45,325 nt of DNA from positions 1 to 45,325 of IMG/VR virus record IMGVR_UViG_3300017978_000078. The stretch is one strand, 5' to 3'. Position 1 is the first letter of the stretch. The number at the start of each line of letters is the position of its first letter. This DNA comes from a virus. Taxonomy: Duplodnaviria; Caudoviricetes. The notes beneath the pieces were generated by a model, which was not told where the DNA came from, ran no database searches, and saw nothing but the letters and a program-made list of their open reading frames with translations. The translations under genes and the position numbers were made by a program. This document shows, one piece after another, positions 29,473 to 39,500 of this stretch.

Positions 29473-30048
29473 TTAGATTGCTGTACCGGCAGCACCAGCG
29501 AATTGGAATTCGGCGATGGTTGCACGGACAATAGTGAAAGAATCACCCCAAGCGTTGTCGGGGTACGGAGCGAGGTTCACGATACGCATCTGAGCGCTGT
29601 TGCCTGCGCCGACCAGTGTGGTCGACAGAGTGCATTGCGACAGACCCGTGGTTGTGGAACCAGCGGTGGCGTTGCTGATGTCAGCTTCATCGCCAATAGA
29701 GGTTTGGGCCAGTGAGCCGTCAGCCTGAATTTCGTACACGATGTTTGGATCAGCGTAGAAATAGGCGATGCACGAACCGGTCTGGTATGCCGTAGAGGCA
29801 GGCCAGTTGTTCGACACACGGTGACGACCTGTGGTGTCAGTGAACTCGACGCCAGCGAATGCGCCAACGAAGGCTTCATCTGCGGCTGCGGGTTGAATGA
29901 CGCCGCCAGTCACGTACTTGACTGGTTGGCCTTTGAGGATTGCCGAGCCGTAGCCCGAGGTGATACCGTCAGCCAGCGCCGTGGCGCGATCCAGACCGGA
30001 GGGGTGGAACGCAGGGCGCAAGCCGAACGGAGCGTTTGTTGCAGACAT
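29473..30048 (-). CDS. Putative capsid cement/decoration protein
   Basis: NAPFGLRP N-terminus, GAFAGVEFTD, ADPNIVYEIQAD; immediately upstream of the major capsid gene. Confidence 0.65.
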   Translation of the reverse strand: MSATNAPFGLRPAFHPSGLDRATALADGITSGYGSAILKGQPVKYVTGGVIQPAAADEAFVGAFAGVEFTDTTGRHRVSNNWPASTAYQTGSCIAYFYADPNIVYEIQADGSLAQTSIGDEADISNATAGSTTTGLSQCTLSTTLVGAGNSAQMRIVNLAPYPDNAWGDSFTIVRATIAEFQFAGAAGTAI

Positions 30049-30065
30049 AGTCTAGCTCCTTAAAT

Positions 30066-30611
30066 TTAGCCCTCAAAAATGGGGGCACGGTTGGGTTGCT
30101 GTTGATCGAATCTGTCCATCCCTGCTTCCATTTGCACCAGCCTACGACCAGAGCTGTCCTTCGCGCCTTGGAGATTCTCGACTTGGGAGCGAATACGCTC
30201 TTCCTCTTCGAGGGGTTTCTCGTAGTGCATCTGCGTCATGACTTCTTGGTAGACGTCCATCGGCAGTTTGAATAACAGCATCTCGTTGCAAGCAACGTGC
30301 CCAACATGTTCGCCAGCCTTGACTCGGAAACTATCGAAGCCCGGTATCTCATCCGCCGTCACGGGTACATATCCGAGTCGCATTCTCTTGTCAATGGTGT
30401 CGTACGAGTTGGTTGTAGAAAGCCAGCACAAGTGCCATCCCGGGATTTCGGGAACCTTGGGCAGAGCCGATTGCGTCCACTCGTCGCTCCACATCTTTCG
30501 ACGTTCCTGCGCACTCATGAACTTTTCCTCAGGGGGTCGACGGCTTGCGTCCTCGCTTGCGCGATCATTGCGGCCACCGGCCTGAAGAGATTTTTTGAGA
30601 CGAGAATCCAT
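30066..30611 (-). CDS. Conserved head-module hypothetical protein
   Basis: LPKVPEIPGWHLCWLS..RMRLGYVPV..MLLFKLP; between the scaffold and capsid genes. Confidence 0.7.
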   Translation of the reverse strand: MDSRLKKSLQAGGRNDRASEDASRRPPEEKFMSAQERRKMWSDEWTQSALPKVPEIPGWHLCWLSTTNSYDTIDKRMRLGYVPVTADEIPGFDSFRVKAGEHVGHVACNEMLLFKLPMDVYQEVMTQMHYEKPLEEEERIRSQVENLQGAKDSSGRRLVQMEAGMDRFDQQQPNRAPIFEG

Positions 30612-30613
30612 TT

Positions 30614-31609
30614 TTAACTCCTGTAACCTTGAGATTGACGAGCTTCGGCTGCGTAACGCTTAATCATCTTGTTGCGCTTTTCTGAGTCATCCCAGAAACC
30701 CGCATCCTTCATCGCCCGAACTTGTTCGGGAGACAAAGTGAAGGTGTTCTTACCACCTGCCCTTGAGGCTGATTCACGTCCAGATCCAGTCACGATACCC
30801 CTTGGTTTACTCCGTTGATTTGGATTCTCATCGGTGTTTGCATTGTATCTGTGAGATACGTAGCGTTGCAAGCGATTGTCAAGCTCTTCCCAGTATTCCT
30901 TGGAGGTGGGGTCCCAGCCCTCGGCCGTCAGGGTCTCGTCGACCTGTTTGGCGATTCGGCTGTCCAAATCCTTCCCGTCTGGGTTGAACCACGAGTTGCG
31001 CTCCATCCAGTCTGCGGCGTTACGCTGCAGGCGTGGATCAGGGATGCTCGACTCTTGACGTGGCTGCGTAGCGTTCTTTTTCAGGTTGCGCAGGGATTCG
31101 GCCTGTTGACGGGCCTCCATCCACAGCTCCTGAGCTTTTGCCATGGCGTTGCCATCACGGGCCTCTGCGGCCTCGGACAGCTTCATCTTGGCGTAGTTGA
31201 TGCGCAGCTCTGAGTCCTCAATCGCCTTGTCGATCCGGGCCAAGTCGGCAGAGTGCGTCTTGCGCTCCACCACTGACAGGCGCTGGATCAGCTCTTGATT
31301 CTGGCGCTCAAGCATTTGCAACTTGAGTTCCTTCTCGGCGTTGGTCTGACGGATCAGTTGCCGTTTGGTTTTGCGGCGGTCACGCTTGGCCGCACGCAGA
31401 GCTGCTGAGTCATCAGGATGGTCGTCGTCAGAGTCGCCGCCGTCGGCCATCTGTGGCTCGTCGCGGTCGTCATCGCTGTCGCCGCTGTCGTTGCTGTCAC
31501 CACTGTCCTGCGACTGTGGGTTTGGGATGCTGTCAGGAAGGTCGACAACGGCCGAGCCGTCTACCGCTTCCTTGACTGCAATTTGTTCGTCTTGTGCTTG
31601 TTCGCTCAT
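30614..31609 (-). CDS. Putative capsid scaffolding protein
   Basis: Acidic N-terminus, long coiled coil, WMERNSWF, EYWEELD, C-terminal LSPEQVRAMK..YA. Confidence 0.7.
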   Translation of the reverse strand: MSEQAQDEQIAVKEAVDGSAVVDLPDSIPNPQSQDSGDSNDSGDSDDDRDEPQMADGGDSDDDHPDDSAALRAAKRDRRKTKRQLIRQTNAEKELKLQMLERQNQELIQRLSVVERKTHSADLARIDKAIEDSELRINYAKMKLSEAAEARDGNAMAKAQELWMEARQQAESLRNLKKNATQPRQESSIPDPRLQRNAADWMERNSWFNPDGKDLDSRIAKQVDETLTAEGWDPTSKEYWEELDNRLQRYVSHRYNANTDENPNQRSKPRGIVTGSGRESASRAGGKNTFTLSPEQVRAMKDAGFWDDSEKRNKMIKRYAAEARQSQGYRS

Positions 31610-31617
31610 GATTTACC

Positions 31618-32055
31618 TCAGATAAAAGAACGCATCTCAAGGGGACTGCACGTCACCTTGGCAATCACTTCGTGGTCGTTCAGGATCATGAACAGAGCTG
31701 GGTCTTCGAGGGTGTCCTCGCCCGGCACTTTCACTTCCCAGCGGTCACCGCCCCACTTAGGGACACGGATGTAGTCGCCTGCAACACACCAAGAGCCCTC
31801 AGGCCAGCCTTGCATGGTGTCGCGGTTCTTGAATGCAAGCGGTCCAACTTCGATGACCTTAGCCACCATGTTGTTCCACTTCTCTGCCTCTTTGGTTTCT
31901 TCAACCAAGATAATTCCAGAGCCCGTCGTTTTCTTTTTGGTGCGGCGCAGTTGCACAAGGATTCGCCCACCAAGAGGTTTTGCGCCGGGGTCTACACTCG
32001 GGAATGCCCAAGCAATGTCAGCGTCGTTAAACGCTTCCGGTTCATTCATCATCAT
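31618..32055 (-). CDS. groES: Co-chaperonin GroES (cpn10)-like protein
   Basis: KPLGGRILV..TTGSGIILVEETKE..AKVIEVGP..GDYIRVPKWGG..ILNDHEVIAKV. Confidence 0.85.
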   Translation of the reverse strand: MMMNEPEAFNDADIAWAFPSVDPGAKPLGGRILVQLRRTKKKTTGSGIILVEETKEAEKWNNMVAKVIEVGPLAFKNRDTMQGWPEGSWCVAGDYIRVPKWGGDRWEVKVPGEDTLEDPALFMILNDHEVIAKVTCSPLEMRSFI

Positions 32056-32227
32056 TGTCTTCTTTCAGAAGTTGATTCAAGATTTGCAGAGACTCACCGA
32101 GTCCTGCGTAATGCCCAACCATGCGCTGATAGGTCTCCCATGTCGCGGCATTTCCATCCGCTAGGGACAAGCGTATTTCAGCTTGACGAGACTCCACCGC
32201 GCCGATCAGATCGGCTAAGGTTTTCAT
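32042..32227 (-). CDS. Small hypothetical protein
   Basis: LADGNAATWETYQRMVGHYAGL; translationally coupled between the portal region and groES. Confidence 0.75.
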   Translation of the reverse strand: MKTLADLIGAVESRQAEIRLSLADGNAATWETYQRMVGHYAGLGESLQILNQLLKEDNDDE

Positions 32228-32376
32228 TTTTTCTTCTGGCTCAGTGCGCCTCCTTTGGGTTGTGCTGGCTTGGCGTTACCGCCTTGCGACTTCAGGGATG
32301 TGCCGTCAAGTTTCTCGCCAGCGGCGATACGCTTGTGCATTGGCACGGCTTCATTGTGGTAAGGGTTGGTTGCCAT
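32224..32376 (-). CDS. Small basic protein (50 aa, not in the ORF track)
   Basis: MATNPYHNEAVPMHKRIAAGEKLDGTSLKSQGGNAKPAQPKGGALSQKKK*; AGGAG RBS at the end of the portal gene. Confidence 0.7.
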   Translation of the reverse strand: MATNPYHNEAVPMHKRIAAGEKLDGTSLKSQGGNAKPAQPKGGALSQKKK

Positions 32377-32377
32377 T

Positions 32378-34900
32378 TCAGACTCCTAAGTTTCGTTGTG
32401 CCTCTTGCTGGAGGCGGATTGCAGTGTCGAACTGCTCTGCTTGCAACTCCTGATCCTTCTGGGTCAGGCGTGCAGTCTCGATGCGCTCTTTCGTGAGGTT
32501 GTCCACGGAGTTGAGCGCGATGTCCATTTGCTCTTTGCGGTCGAACTCGGTAGCGTCCTGCTGGAGCGCCTGAGCCTTGAGCTGCAACTCTCCAGCGTCC
32601 TTCTTGGCCCGACGCTCGGTCTCGGCCATCGAGGTCTCGCGCAGCACCATCGCCTCTGGAGGCAGTTGGGGCTTGGGTGCGAGTTGCTGCATGGATTGCA
32701 GGAGCTGCTGAATGAGCGGGATGATCTGGCTGAAGGCCTTCTCGCTGTCGAGCTTGACGTGCTGAGAAGCCACCGCGAAGACCTTGTCGATCTCGGCCGT
32801 CAGGAGCTTGTTCTCGTAGTCCTCTTCGGTCAGCACCTTGTCGCCACGGGACTTGGTCACGTAGCCGTTCATGCGGTTCAGATACCACATGACCATGTGC
32901 TGCTTGATGTGCTCCAGCGAACGAGGCAGGTAGAACGAGGCCATGATCGGGTTCGAGCCGAACGCAGGGTTCAGGGCAAAGTCCAAGTGGCTCTGGATGT
33001 GCGCCAAGTGATCCTGCTGGATGTACGCGAAAGCGTTCTGGCCCAAGGCCATAGCCACGTTCTCGTCCGCAGGTGTGCGCTCCTCTGGGGCTGGAGTGTC
33101 CTTGAGCAGCTCGTTGATGCCCGGGATCTTCAACTGCTTGAGCAGGCGCTGCTCCACGGCTTGGCGGTTGTACAGGTCAGGGGCCTTATCGGCACGGGCC
33201 AGCACAGCCTGCATCTGAGCCATACGCTGGGTCTCAGAGAAGATGTGGGGGTCAGACACTGGCACAACGTCGGTGTTGCGCTTGAAGTCGGTAGGCTCGA
33301 TCTCCAGATCGGCCACGATCTCGCCCTTGCGCTGGTCGTCCAGATACCAGCGGTTCAGACGGCCAAGAATTTTCAGGACACGGGCTTGAGAGTCGTGCAG
33401 ACGGGCGTGGATGGCCGAGAACACGGCAGCACCTTGCTCAATCAGCGCTTGGGTCGTACCCACAGGGGTGTTGGCGTTGACGTCGGCGATCTTCTCTTCG
33501 GCTGTTGTAACCACGCCACGGGCTGCTTTGTCGAGGTAGCCGACCAGCTCAAACAGCACCGGCGAGGGTGGGTTGAACGGCATGGGCATGGCGATCTTCT
33601 TGATGTCGTCCACACCGGGAGCGCCCTCGATCTCCACCACTTGAGTGACGTCCACCTGCTGGCTCTGACCGCTGATCTTGGCCCCCTTGAGCTTGAGCAT
33701 GGTCGCGGCGTTGTTGATGTGTGCGCTGTCCAGCAGAGCACGGATACCGCCAGTCAGAGCTGCGGACAAGCCGCCAATGAGGTGAGGCAGGCCGATGGCG
33801 TAAGCACCGCGCCATGGGATGAACTTGAACTCCACGACCCAGTCCAGCTTGGTCATGGTCTCGTCGCCGTCTTCCCAGTTGCGGTACAGGCCCACAACCT
33901 CGTGCTCCAGCTCGTCGATCATCATGATGTACGGGGCCATCTCGCCCTTGGACTCGTTGTCGTCGTCCAACTCCAAGTGGCAGTAGACGTGATAGACCGT
34001 GCGCTCACCGTCCTCGTTGTCTTGGAACTTGCGGCCTTCGATCTTGTCGTTGGCCTTCTCGGCTGCGGACTGCTCGGGCTGCATGGTTGCCCGGACGAGG
34101 GAGATGTCGCGGTACAGACCCGTGCGGATGCGGCGCTTGAACTCCCACTCGGTGATGACGTGGACTTCGGTCGCACGCTGAGCGGTGTAGAAGTTGGTGG
34201 CCGAGAACGGCACGATCACCCGGTCGATGGGCAGGAACTCAGCGCAGGGGCGCTTCTTCTGCTCGTCGTACCAGAGCTTCATGTACTGGGAGCCGCCGAG
34301 GGGCAACTGGGTCAGGAGCTGCTCCTGCTCGTCGCGGAACTCTTCGATCTGTTCGGTGAGCTGCCAGTTCATGTAGTCGCGCTTGCGCTCTGCACGGGCA
34401 GTCTTCTCCTCGTCCACTTGGCCCAAGATCTTGGTCTTGACGGGGCCGTCAGGTGGGAACATCTCTTTGATGGCACGGGAGGCGAAGTCAACGCAGGCCT
34501 CGGCCATGACAGGGTGAACAACCTTAGAAGCGCCAGCAAAGGTAGCACCACCGGGGGCGTCCTTGCCCAGACCGGTGCGCTTCAGACCTTCTTCGTACTG
34601 CTTGTCGCGCTCTTCACGGGCTTGCTTGTCTTTCTCGATCAGCTCGATGTAGCGCATGGCGAGGCTGTCCAGATCGAGCGGGTCGATGCGCTCGGCCAAG
34701 TTCTCGTAGAACTCGCCGTCTTCCAGAGGGCCTTCGGTGTCCATGTTGACCACTACAGAGCCATCAGGCAGCTCCTCAAGGTCAGAGTCGTCATCAGGGA
34801 GGTCGTACTCCATCTGCTCTTCCTGCGACTCTGGTGGCTCGTCGGCAACGCCGGGGACGAAGCGACCGTAGTCGGGTTCGATTGGGAACTCTGTAGCCAT
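32378..34900 (-). CDS. Portal protein (P22-like)
   Basis: 840 aa; FAGASKVVHPVMAEACVDFASRAIKEMFP..PVKT, YMNWQL, LPLGGS, PVGTTQALIEQG, DVVPVSDP; C-terminal coiled coil. Confidence 0.88.
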   Translation of the reverse strand: MATEFPIEPDYGRFVPGVADEPPESQEEQMEYDLPDDDSDLEELPDGSVVVNMDTEGPLEDGEFYENLAERIDPLDLDSLAMRYIELIEKDKQAREERDKQYEEGLKRTGLGKDAPGGATFAGASKVVHPVMAEACVDFASRAIKEMFPPDGPVKTKILGQVDEEKTARAERKRDYMNWQLTEQIEEFRDEQEQLLTQLPLGGSQYMKLWYDEQKKRPCAEFLPIDRVIVPFSATNFYTAQRATEVHVITEWEFKRRIRTGLYRDISLVRATMQPEQSAAEKANDKIEGRKFQDNEDGERTVYHVYCHLELDDDNESKGEMAPYIMMIDELEHEVVGLYRNWEDGDETMTKLDWVVEFKFIPWRGAYAIGLPHLIGGLSAALTGGIRALLDSAHINNAATMLKLKGAKISGQSQQVDVTQVVEIEGAPGVDDIKKIAMPMPFNPPSPVLFELVGYLDKAARGVVTTAEEKIADVNANTPVGTTQALIEQGAAVFSAIHARLHDSQARVLKILGRLNRWYLDDQRKGEIVADLEIEPTDFKRNTDVVPVSDPHIFSETQRMAQMQAVLARADKAPDLYNRQAVEQRLLKQLKIPGINELLKDTPAPEERTPADENVAMALGQNAFAYIQQDHLAHIQSHLDFALNPAFGSNPIMASFYLPRSLEHIKQHMVMWYLNRMNGYVTKSRGDKVLTEEDYENKLLTAEIDKVFAVASQHVKLDSEKAFSQIIPLIQQLLQSMQQLAPKPQLPPEAMVLRETSMAETERRAKKDAGELQLKAQALQQDATEFDRKEQMDIALNSVDNLTKERIETARLTQKDQELQAEQFDTAIRLQQEAQRNLGV

Positions 34901-34903
34901 GAA

Positions 34904-36595
34904 TCAATTCCTCTGCATCAGTTCCAGAAGCATAGCGTCTGGATTTTCGGTGAAATGTACCGGATTTTGAACACTTTGTTCATTATTCTCATCAAAGATT
35001 TGTGTGCCCATTGTCGCAGCCCCAGAGCCTGCTGCCAAACCCTCAAGTGCTGGCATGGCAACCTTGCCGTACATGGGCTGGCCTTTGGTCTGGATCTCCT
35101 CCCGCATCTGGGGGGTGATGTCGAAGCTGTGCGCCCTGAGAGTCTGGGCTGGCTCGACCAACGGCTCGGGGAAGTGCCCGATGCCCGGAGCTGCGATCTG
35201 AGGGGTCGACACTTCTGGCTTGGTGATGAGATCCAACTCACTTACCTGAGCGCCGTACTTCTTGCCGTAGTTGTTCAAGTAGTCTGGCAGGATTTTGTCG
35301 TAGAAGCCCTTCATACCCTCGCCGCCGACTTGGAGGTCAACGCCCTCGTAGATGTCGGTCGGCTTGGTTTGGGCGCTGACCTTCTCGGCCAAGTCTTTGC
35401 CGATGACGGCGTCCAGCGTTTCTGGGGCGTGGACACCCATGTCGTGGTTCTTGCCCTGATTGTCACGGGCAAAGATCCTCACGCCGCCGTCTTCCTTGGA
35501 GGCCATGATCTGCTGCACCTGCTTGCTCAGGTCATACCGCTTGGCCTGCTCCGCGCCGGGGGTGATGGCGACTGTGTCGTAGCCGTTCTCGGCGGCATAG
35601 TCCAGCACGCGCTTCATTGCCAGCTCGTGCCAGTTCTTCTTGAAAGGGGCGTCGGGAACGGTGTCCTGCTGAAGTTTTTCTGCCACGTTGCTGATAACTT
35701 GTCGATCAGTGCCATATCTGTTGGTCCCAGACCAGACGGCTTTACCACTCTCGTCATACACGATCACTTCGCTTGGATCGTAAGGATTCAGGGATTTAAC
35801 ACTCCAACCCTCAGTATTTGCTGGCTGCTTGTAACCCTTCTTGCGCCCCTCCTGATGCCAGTCAGACTGCACCTCGTCCACCAGCAAGACTTTCTTGCCC
35901 TCTGGCGTCTTGAAGTCCTGCACCCGGATGTGGGCCAGCAGGTTAGGGTCTTGCTTGTAGTGGCCTGAGACGTAAGGTGCGCCAGCCGCAGCCTTCTCTT
36001 CCTTCAGGCGCTGAACCTCGGCCACCTTGTCACGGAACCACTGGTACTGCATCGGCTCGTTGTAGGCCTTCTCCTCGCGGCGGATCTGGGCTTCCAGCTC
36101 CATCAGGCGCTTGTCATCAAAGGCTGGCAGCTTAAGGAGGATCTCGCGGTAGTTCTCGCCGCCCGGGGTCTTGTACCTGTCGTACTGGGTCAGATCAAGG
36201 TCGCCATACATTTTATTGAGCCTTGCCTGCTCATCTTTGCGCAAGTCAAACCAGTCGACGCCGTAGATCTCTTGAGCTTTAGCCTCAAGCCACTCGTCGT
36301 AGTCTGGCACTTCGCTGGTCAGAACCTTCTCCTGCACCTTGGGCGGGGCCTTCTGCTCGAAGATCTTCTGGACTTCGGCCTTAGCCATCTTGGGCTTGCC
36401 CTTGAGCGCCTTCTCGATGCCGCGCTCTTTCAGCTCGGTGGGCTTGACGCCCTTTTTCACCAGCTCGGTCAGGAACTCGTCGCCTGTGCCTTTGCCGCGC
36501 TGAAGCTCGTCCAGCACCACGTCAGCCTTGGAGAAGAACGGGGCCTTCTTAACCCCCTTAGCCGCCTTGGCGATCAGATCAAGCGCACCCATCAC
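34904..36595 (-). CDS. Polyvalent-protein-type domain protein, possibly a divergent GNAT fold
   Basis: GGENYREILL, HIR..LLVDEVQSDWHQ, PDAPFK..LAMKRVLDYAAENGYDTVAIT..MKGFYDK. Confidence 0.55.
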   Translation of the reverse strand: MMGALDLIAKAAKGVKKAPFFSKADVVLDELQRGKGTGDEFLTELVKKGVKPTELKERGIEKALKGKPKMAKAEVQKIFEQKAPPKVQEKVLTSEVPDYDEWLEAKAQEIYGVDWFDLRKDEQARLNKMYGDLDLTQYDRYKTPGGENYREILLKLPAFDDKRLMELEAQIRREEKAYNEPMQYQWFRDKVAEVQRLKEEKAAAGAPYVSGHYKQDPNLLAHIRVQDFKTPEGKKVLLVDEVQSDWHQEGRKKGYKQPANTEGWSVKSLNPYDPSEVIVYDESGKAVWSGTNRYGTDRQVISNVAEKLQQDTVPDAPFKKNWHELAMKRVLDYAAENGYDTVAITPGAEQAKRYDLSKQVQQIMASKEDGGVRIFARDNQGKNHDMGVHAPETLDAVIGKDLAEKVSAQTKPTDIYEGVDLQVGGEGMKGFYDKILPDYLNNYGKKYGAQVSELDLITKPEVSTPQIAAPGIGHFPEPLVEPAQTLRAHSFDITPQMREEIQTKGQPMYGKVAMPALEGLAAGSGAATMGTQIFDENNEQSVQNPVHFTENPDAMLLELMQRN

Positions 36596-39500
36596 AGTTT
36601 CCTTTCTTCGAGGATCAGGTCATCGGCCGTGATCTCTCCGCCTGCGGCCTTGCGCACGCCACCGGCCACAACTCGTGCGGCCTCTTCAACGGTTGCACCC
36701 TGATTGACAAGGCTGACCATCTTATTGAGGGTCGCTATGTCGTCTTCGAGGCCGTACTTCTGCGCAGCAAGGACGAACTTGTTGCCGTCGATCTGTGTTG
36801 CTGGCGCTGTGACCTCACCACCGGCCTTCTTGCCTGTCAGTTGCTTCATGCGCTCCTCGTAGGCCTTGATCTCGTCGATCATTTGCTGGTCGATGGTCTG
36901 ACGTGGGCCAACCATCTTAAGGGAGCCGAACTCATGCGGGGCTTGGGCTGGGTTCTCGCGGATCGACTTGAGGGTGTCAGGGAATGACAGCTCGTAGGGA
37001 ATCGGGAACCGGGACTGGCCCATAAACTCGCCCGGAATGTCGTGGCTGTACGTGGGGTGAGTCGATAGCGGCAGGTCCTTGGAGGAGATTTCAGGGCGCA
37101 TACGGCCAATCGAGAAGCCAGTCACGCCAGTCTCCAAGTCGCGCAAGGCAGGCTCGGTGATGGCAAAGCGGATGTCGGTTCCGCTCGGCAAATTCAATGT
37201 CTCGGTGACAGTCGGCTTCTGCATCAGCTCGTTGAAGTGCTTGCGCAGCTCAGGGTCCATCGCCATGTGCAGGTACGCGCTCTCCTTGTCCTCAATGCCG
37301 GGGAAGGATGGGCGAGGGCCTGACTTGGGATTGCCATAGCGGATGAGCTTGTTGAACTGCTCGATCTGCTTTTTGGTCATCTTGTCGAGGTCGATGGCTT
37401 GAAGGTTGGCGTCAGCAAAGTGCTGGGCGTAGTTGATGGATTCAGGACCCATCATGATGTACTTGCCAGCCACGGGAGCGTCGTACTGCTCACCAGCTTC
37501 TTTGGCAAGGTTCTGCACGCGACGGGCTGCACCCAGACCAGAGGCCCAGAAGTTCTCGTCGTTGTACAAGCCGTACAGAGGACCGCCGTGCTGAGGTGAT
37601 GGTGAGCCGAGTCGGACGTCGCCAAAGCCGTATAGGGTCTTTCCGGCCAGCGTGGGGTCGCCCGGGATGCCAATCATCACGTCACCCTTGAGCTTCTCGA
37701 TGTCCACAGGCTGAGGGATACGCTCCACGTCAGTTGGCCGAACATCCACAGGCAGGTTCTTTTCGCGCTGGAACTGTTTCTGAGTCTTGCCTGCCACGGT
37801 CTTGGCGCTCTTGGCCGACTCTCGGACGTACTCGCCAGTGACCTGAGGGGCCATGCGCTCGGCGATGGCTTGAATCTCTTGCTTGGACTTGGCGGGGGCA
37901 CGGGCCAGCTTTGCCAGCTTGGCGATACCACCAGCGGCCATCTCTACGTCGCCAACGATGGCCTTTTCAGGGATCTCGAACTCAGACCAGTCATCAGGGT
38001 TGCGCTCCATGCGGACACGGTATCCCGGCTCGTATGGCGTCCTCATGGCTTTGCCTGTCTCAGGGTCAATGATGGGCCTGCCCATGCCCTGACCGAACTC
38101 AGGATGGTCTTCTCGCATCACCTGATTGCCGACACGGGTGCGGCTCAGGATGGTATAGGGCGGCTTGTTCTTTCCAGAGCTGTCCTTGGTGAATACGCGC
38201 TGGCCCTTGTCGTACTTGTAGTCGAAGCCTTCCATCATCTTCTGGGCTTCCATTGCGCCAGCACGAACCCGGTCACCCAAGTTGGTGTGGACGTCTTGCA
38301 GGGTCGTCAGCTCTTTCTCGGCCAACACCGGGGCCTTCTGACCAGCCGACTCTGCTGCGCTCTTGATCGCCTTAATTCCCTTGCGGACCAGTCCACCACC
38401 AGCCAGCTCCAACTGCATGACGTCAGGGTTGTCGGAGATGTGGACAGAGCCACCACGGGCCATGCCTTCTTCGGGTGGAGGAAACCCATACTCCTTGGTC
38501 ATAAAGTCCCAATCTGGTGGACCAACAGTTAGGCGGTTGTATTCGTTGAGCAATTCATCACGCTCCTGCGGTGTCACGTACTTTGGCAGCGTCATGCCAG
38601 CAGCCTCATACCTTGCCTTTTCTGGAACACGGTCAATTGACATGAGGCCCGTGTTCCCCAAGTCACCCACGTCAGACCACTGGCCGCTCTTCACGAAATC
38701 CTGCACGAATGGCAGGTATTCTTCTTTGGGCGCGGCGTTGCCCTTACCTTTGATCTGGGTGATTTCCTGCGGCAAAGAGGATGCATTCTGGGACAACCAT
38801 TCTTTCATGAGGCTGTCCTGCATGGTTTGCATTTGCAAGCGCCCATAGTCGGACAGGTTTCCCTCTCGATTCCACAGGCTTGGGTCGTCAACCGCACGAA
38901 TCTTTTCCCATGCAGAATCTTGCAAATCATCCCTGACATCTTCAGGCAAGTCATAGAACCTATTTGGCGATTCCCTACCAACCTCGACTGTGACGTGCGG
39001 GTTACCCTTTGAGTCAACCAATGAGTAAACCTTAGCTTCGCCCTTCTTGATAGCTTCCCAGCCGCCGTGGCCGTAGCCAAGACTCCCACGATCACCAGAA
39101 CCCGCGACCCAATCTGGATGGCCCTGCGGTGGCTCATAGCCACGCACTGAGTGGCCCATGGCCTCAGATTCAGCAGCAAACGAGCCGGGCTTGTTCAGCT
39201 CAACCCAGCGGTAGCCCTCTGGATACTCTTTGTAGACAGGTAAGCCTTCTCGCTGAACAGCACGAGCCTCAGCCGCCTTCTTTGCAAGCTCTTGGTCGTA
39301 CTCAAAGGTGCGGCGAACTGCCTGCTCCATGCTGACCTTGCTCAGTTGCTCGGGGCGGATGCGGCCAGTGGCAAGGTCTTCGCGCAAGACGTCCATGATG
39401 TGATCGAAGCCAAGCTCTTGAGCCATGTTGCCTGATTCCATCGGTGCGATGCCATGCACGCGAGTGAATGGATCAACCTTCTCCATCCATGGCTCACCCT

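Noticed and set aside
32396-35968. 1190-aa plus-strand ORF and many other long plus-strand ORFs
   Set aside because: Antisense shadows of strongly biased minus-strand genes (portal and others); no motifs, RBS or operon context
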